A stretch of DNA of 63,461 bases, filler included, from Olpidium bornovanus S191 (lineage: Eukaryota > Fungi > Olpidiomycota): the NCBI GenBank assembly GCA_017911155.1. It is 31 parts of 31 records of this genome, joined end to end, with 100 filler letters (N's around TTAATTAATTAA, not from the genome) between each part and the next. Parts side by side here need not be neighbours in the genome. Positions count along the whole stretch, not along the records: positions 60,721 to 62,194 come from JAEFCI010001503.1; positions 62,295 to 63,461 come from JAEFCI010009554.1; 29 more parts are not named here. One strand, 5' to 3'. Below, in pieces: positions 61,990-63,461 of this stretch (the stretch's first letter is position 1; every line of letters starts with the position of its first letter). The notes beneath the pieces are model-generated. The model was not told where the DNA came from and searched no databases. It saw only the letters and a list, made by a program, of their open reading frames with translations. The position numbers and the translations under genes were made by a program.

Positions 61990-63397
61990 GTGAGCCGCAC
62001 GAGCCTAACAGAGGATTTTTGTGCGCCTTGGGAGACTTATTTATTTCGGTTCTTCACACCTGCTTGATGATTGCCAATCGTTTCGGTTGTTGCGTCAAGT
62101 ATCGGTCGCAAGTACTCGTCGATCGTGCGATCTCTTTTCGAGACGTATACCGCGAGGCAACAGGCAGTTGAAACGAACCCGGCGGACGAAGCAGNNNNNN
62201 NNNNNNNNNNNNNNNNNNNNNNNNNNNNNNNNNNNNNNTTAATTAATTAANNNNNNNNNNNNNNNNNNNNNNNNNNNNNNNNNNNNNNNNNNNNGCAAAC
62301 GACCCCCCCCTGGTGAAAAAAACCGCCGTCCGCCTCACCCCGACCGCGGGGGCCGAAAATCCCGGGAAAACCAGTTTTAAGGGAACCTCCGGGACCCGAG
62401 AGCGCCCGTTTTCCAGGTCGGCAACAACGTGGCTCTGAGGAACACACGCCCGAAATTCGGTTGTTCCCCCCCGCCGGCCGCTCTATTTTGTCCGCGCTTT
62501 GTTGCGTCCCGGTGCGATACCGCGTTGTCCCGTGTCCTTCCGGTCTGCCCGAAAAGAGGAAAAACCCGCTGAGCGTTGAGGGACAAATCAAAATGCCTTT
62601 GAATCAGATCCGGGTCGCCGTACAGGTCCAGGGAGCGAATTCCTGCTGGCTTCTTGACGTCCCGGGACCAGACAAAACGCCCTCCGCGTCCACGGCCCGG
62701 TCCACCTCCAAAAACTGGGAAAGCCAAAATGACGGCCGTAGGCTCGTCCTGCACGCACCGCGGCGGCAGCGCGCAGGTTCCCGCCGATCAAGCTCAGCCC
62801 CCCACCCCAAAGCTCCCCCTCTTCTCCATATCCCATTTCCCTGCGCGATTGGCGTGTACGTTACGCAAACCACGGGGGGAGGCCCCGCGCTGCGCGATTT
62901 GCACGGCTGTGTAAAGGGCGTCGACATACAACGGGCGGCGGGGGACAATTGCGAATCCACTACGCGAACGGCGAGATAAGCCGGATCAACGACGGCCGCG
63001 GGGTGCTTCGGGGGAACCCTGCAACGTACAAACAGAGACGGGACAGACGGTAACTGCGTTAAGCGAACGGGGGGGCTCTCGGCTGGAGTTCGGCCGCGCA
63101 CGCAAGCCGGGCGCGAAAAACTGGAGGGGAGGCCCGGCTGTCCTGTCCCTTCGCGGGGGGGTGCGGACCGGGAGATTTGCGTACCGAGGTATATAATCAT
63201 TGGTATCCACAAAACGTGAACGACCTTCTTGCCGAACTGCGTCACCCTGCAGGGACCCCAGAAAATCAGGGGGCGAGAAAGAGAGGTGAAGCGACAGTGG
63301 TTCGGCGCACGTGAGCTGCTTTTCGACCCAGTGGCCACAGCAGCCGTCGGCTTCGGCCTGGGAAGGCGTGTCCCGGGGCGGCGCAACGAAAAACGGT

Positions 63398-63432
<35 letters not shown>

Positions 63433-63461
63433 CGCCCCCCCCCCCCCCCCCCCGCGCACCC

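Noticed and set aside
62377-63386. Possible exons (e.g. IRSLDLYGDPDLIQRHF) in the last contig
   Set aside because: Protein-like but unrecognised, and no consistent gene model could be built.

Overview
This is not a contiguous locus. It is 31 short contigs (about 1.0-4.4 kb) of a eukaryotic draft genome, joined by 30 identical synthetic 100-bp spacers (N44-TTAATTAATTAA-N44), so adjacency across spacers has no biological meaning. The DNA is GC-rich, has GT-AG introns and is full of long G/C/A/T homopolymers. Its genes are fungal-like. The style resembles a fragmented assembly of an early-diverging, probably zoosporic, fungus such as Olpidium; this is my inference and is unverified. Recognisable genes, many truncated by contig ends: a TLC-domain membrane protein, URI1/Bud27, a WD40 protein (WDR87/97-like), a USP16/45-like deubiquitinase, an RNase H1 hybrid-binding-domain protein, a Tra2-like RRM protein, a frameshifted SUN-like domain, tRNA-Met(CAT), a RIB2-type deaminase, a HAL/Ptk-family kinase, XMAP215/Stu2, GCP3/Spc98, a CYSTM protein and an ATF/CREB bZIP. 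There are several degenerate Ty1/copia fragments with very short LTRs, plus Ty3/gypsy-type gag and protease pieces. The best leads are: (1) a 70-aa secreted prepropeptide with six X-Pro dipeptides and a strongly cationic GKKGF-repeat tail, a candidate antimicrobial or effector peptide; (2) two hints of copia/gypsy hybrid retroelements; (3) a strong CATG (NlaIII-like) bias at contig ends, probably technical. I found no CRISPR array, rRNA or prokaryote-type multigene system.
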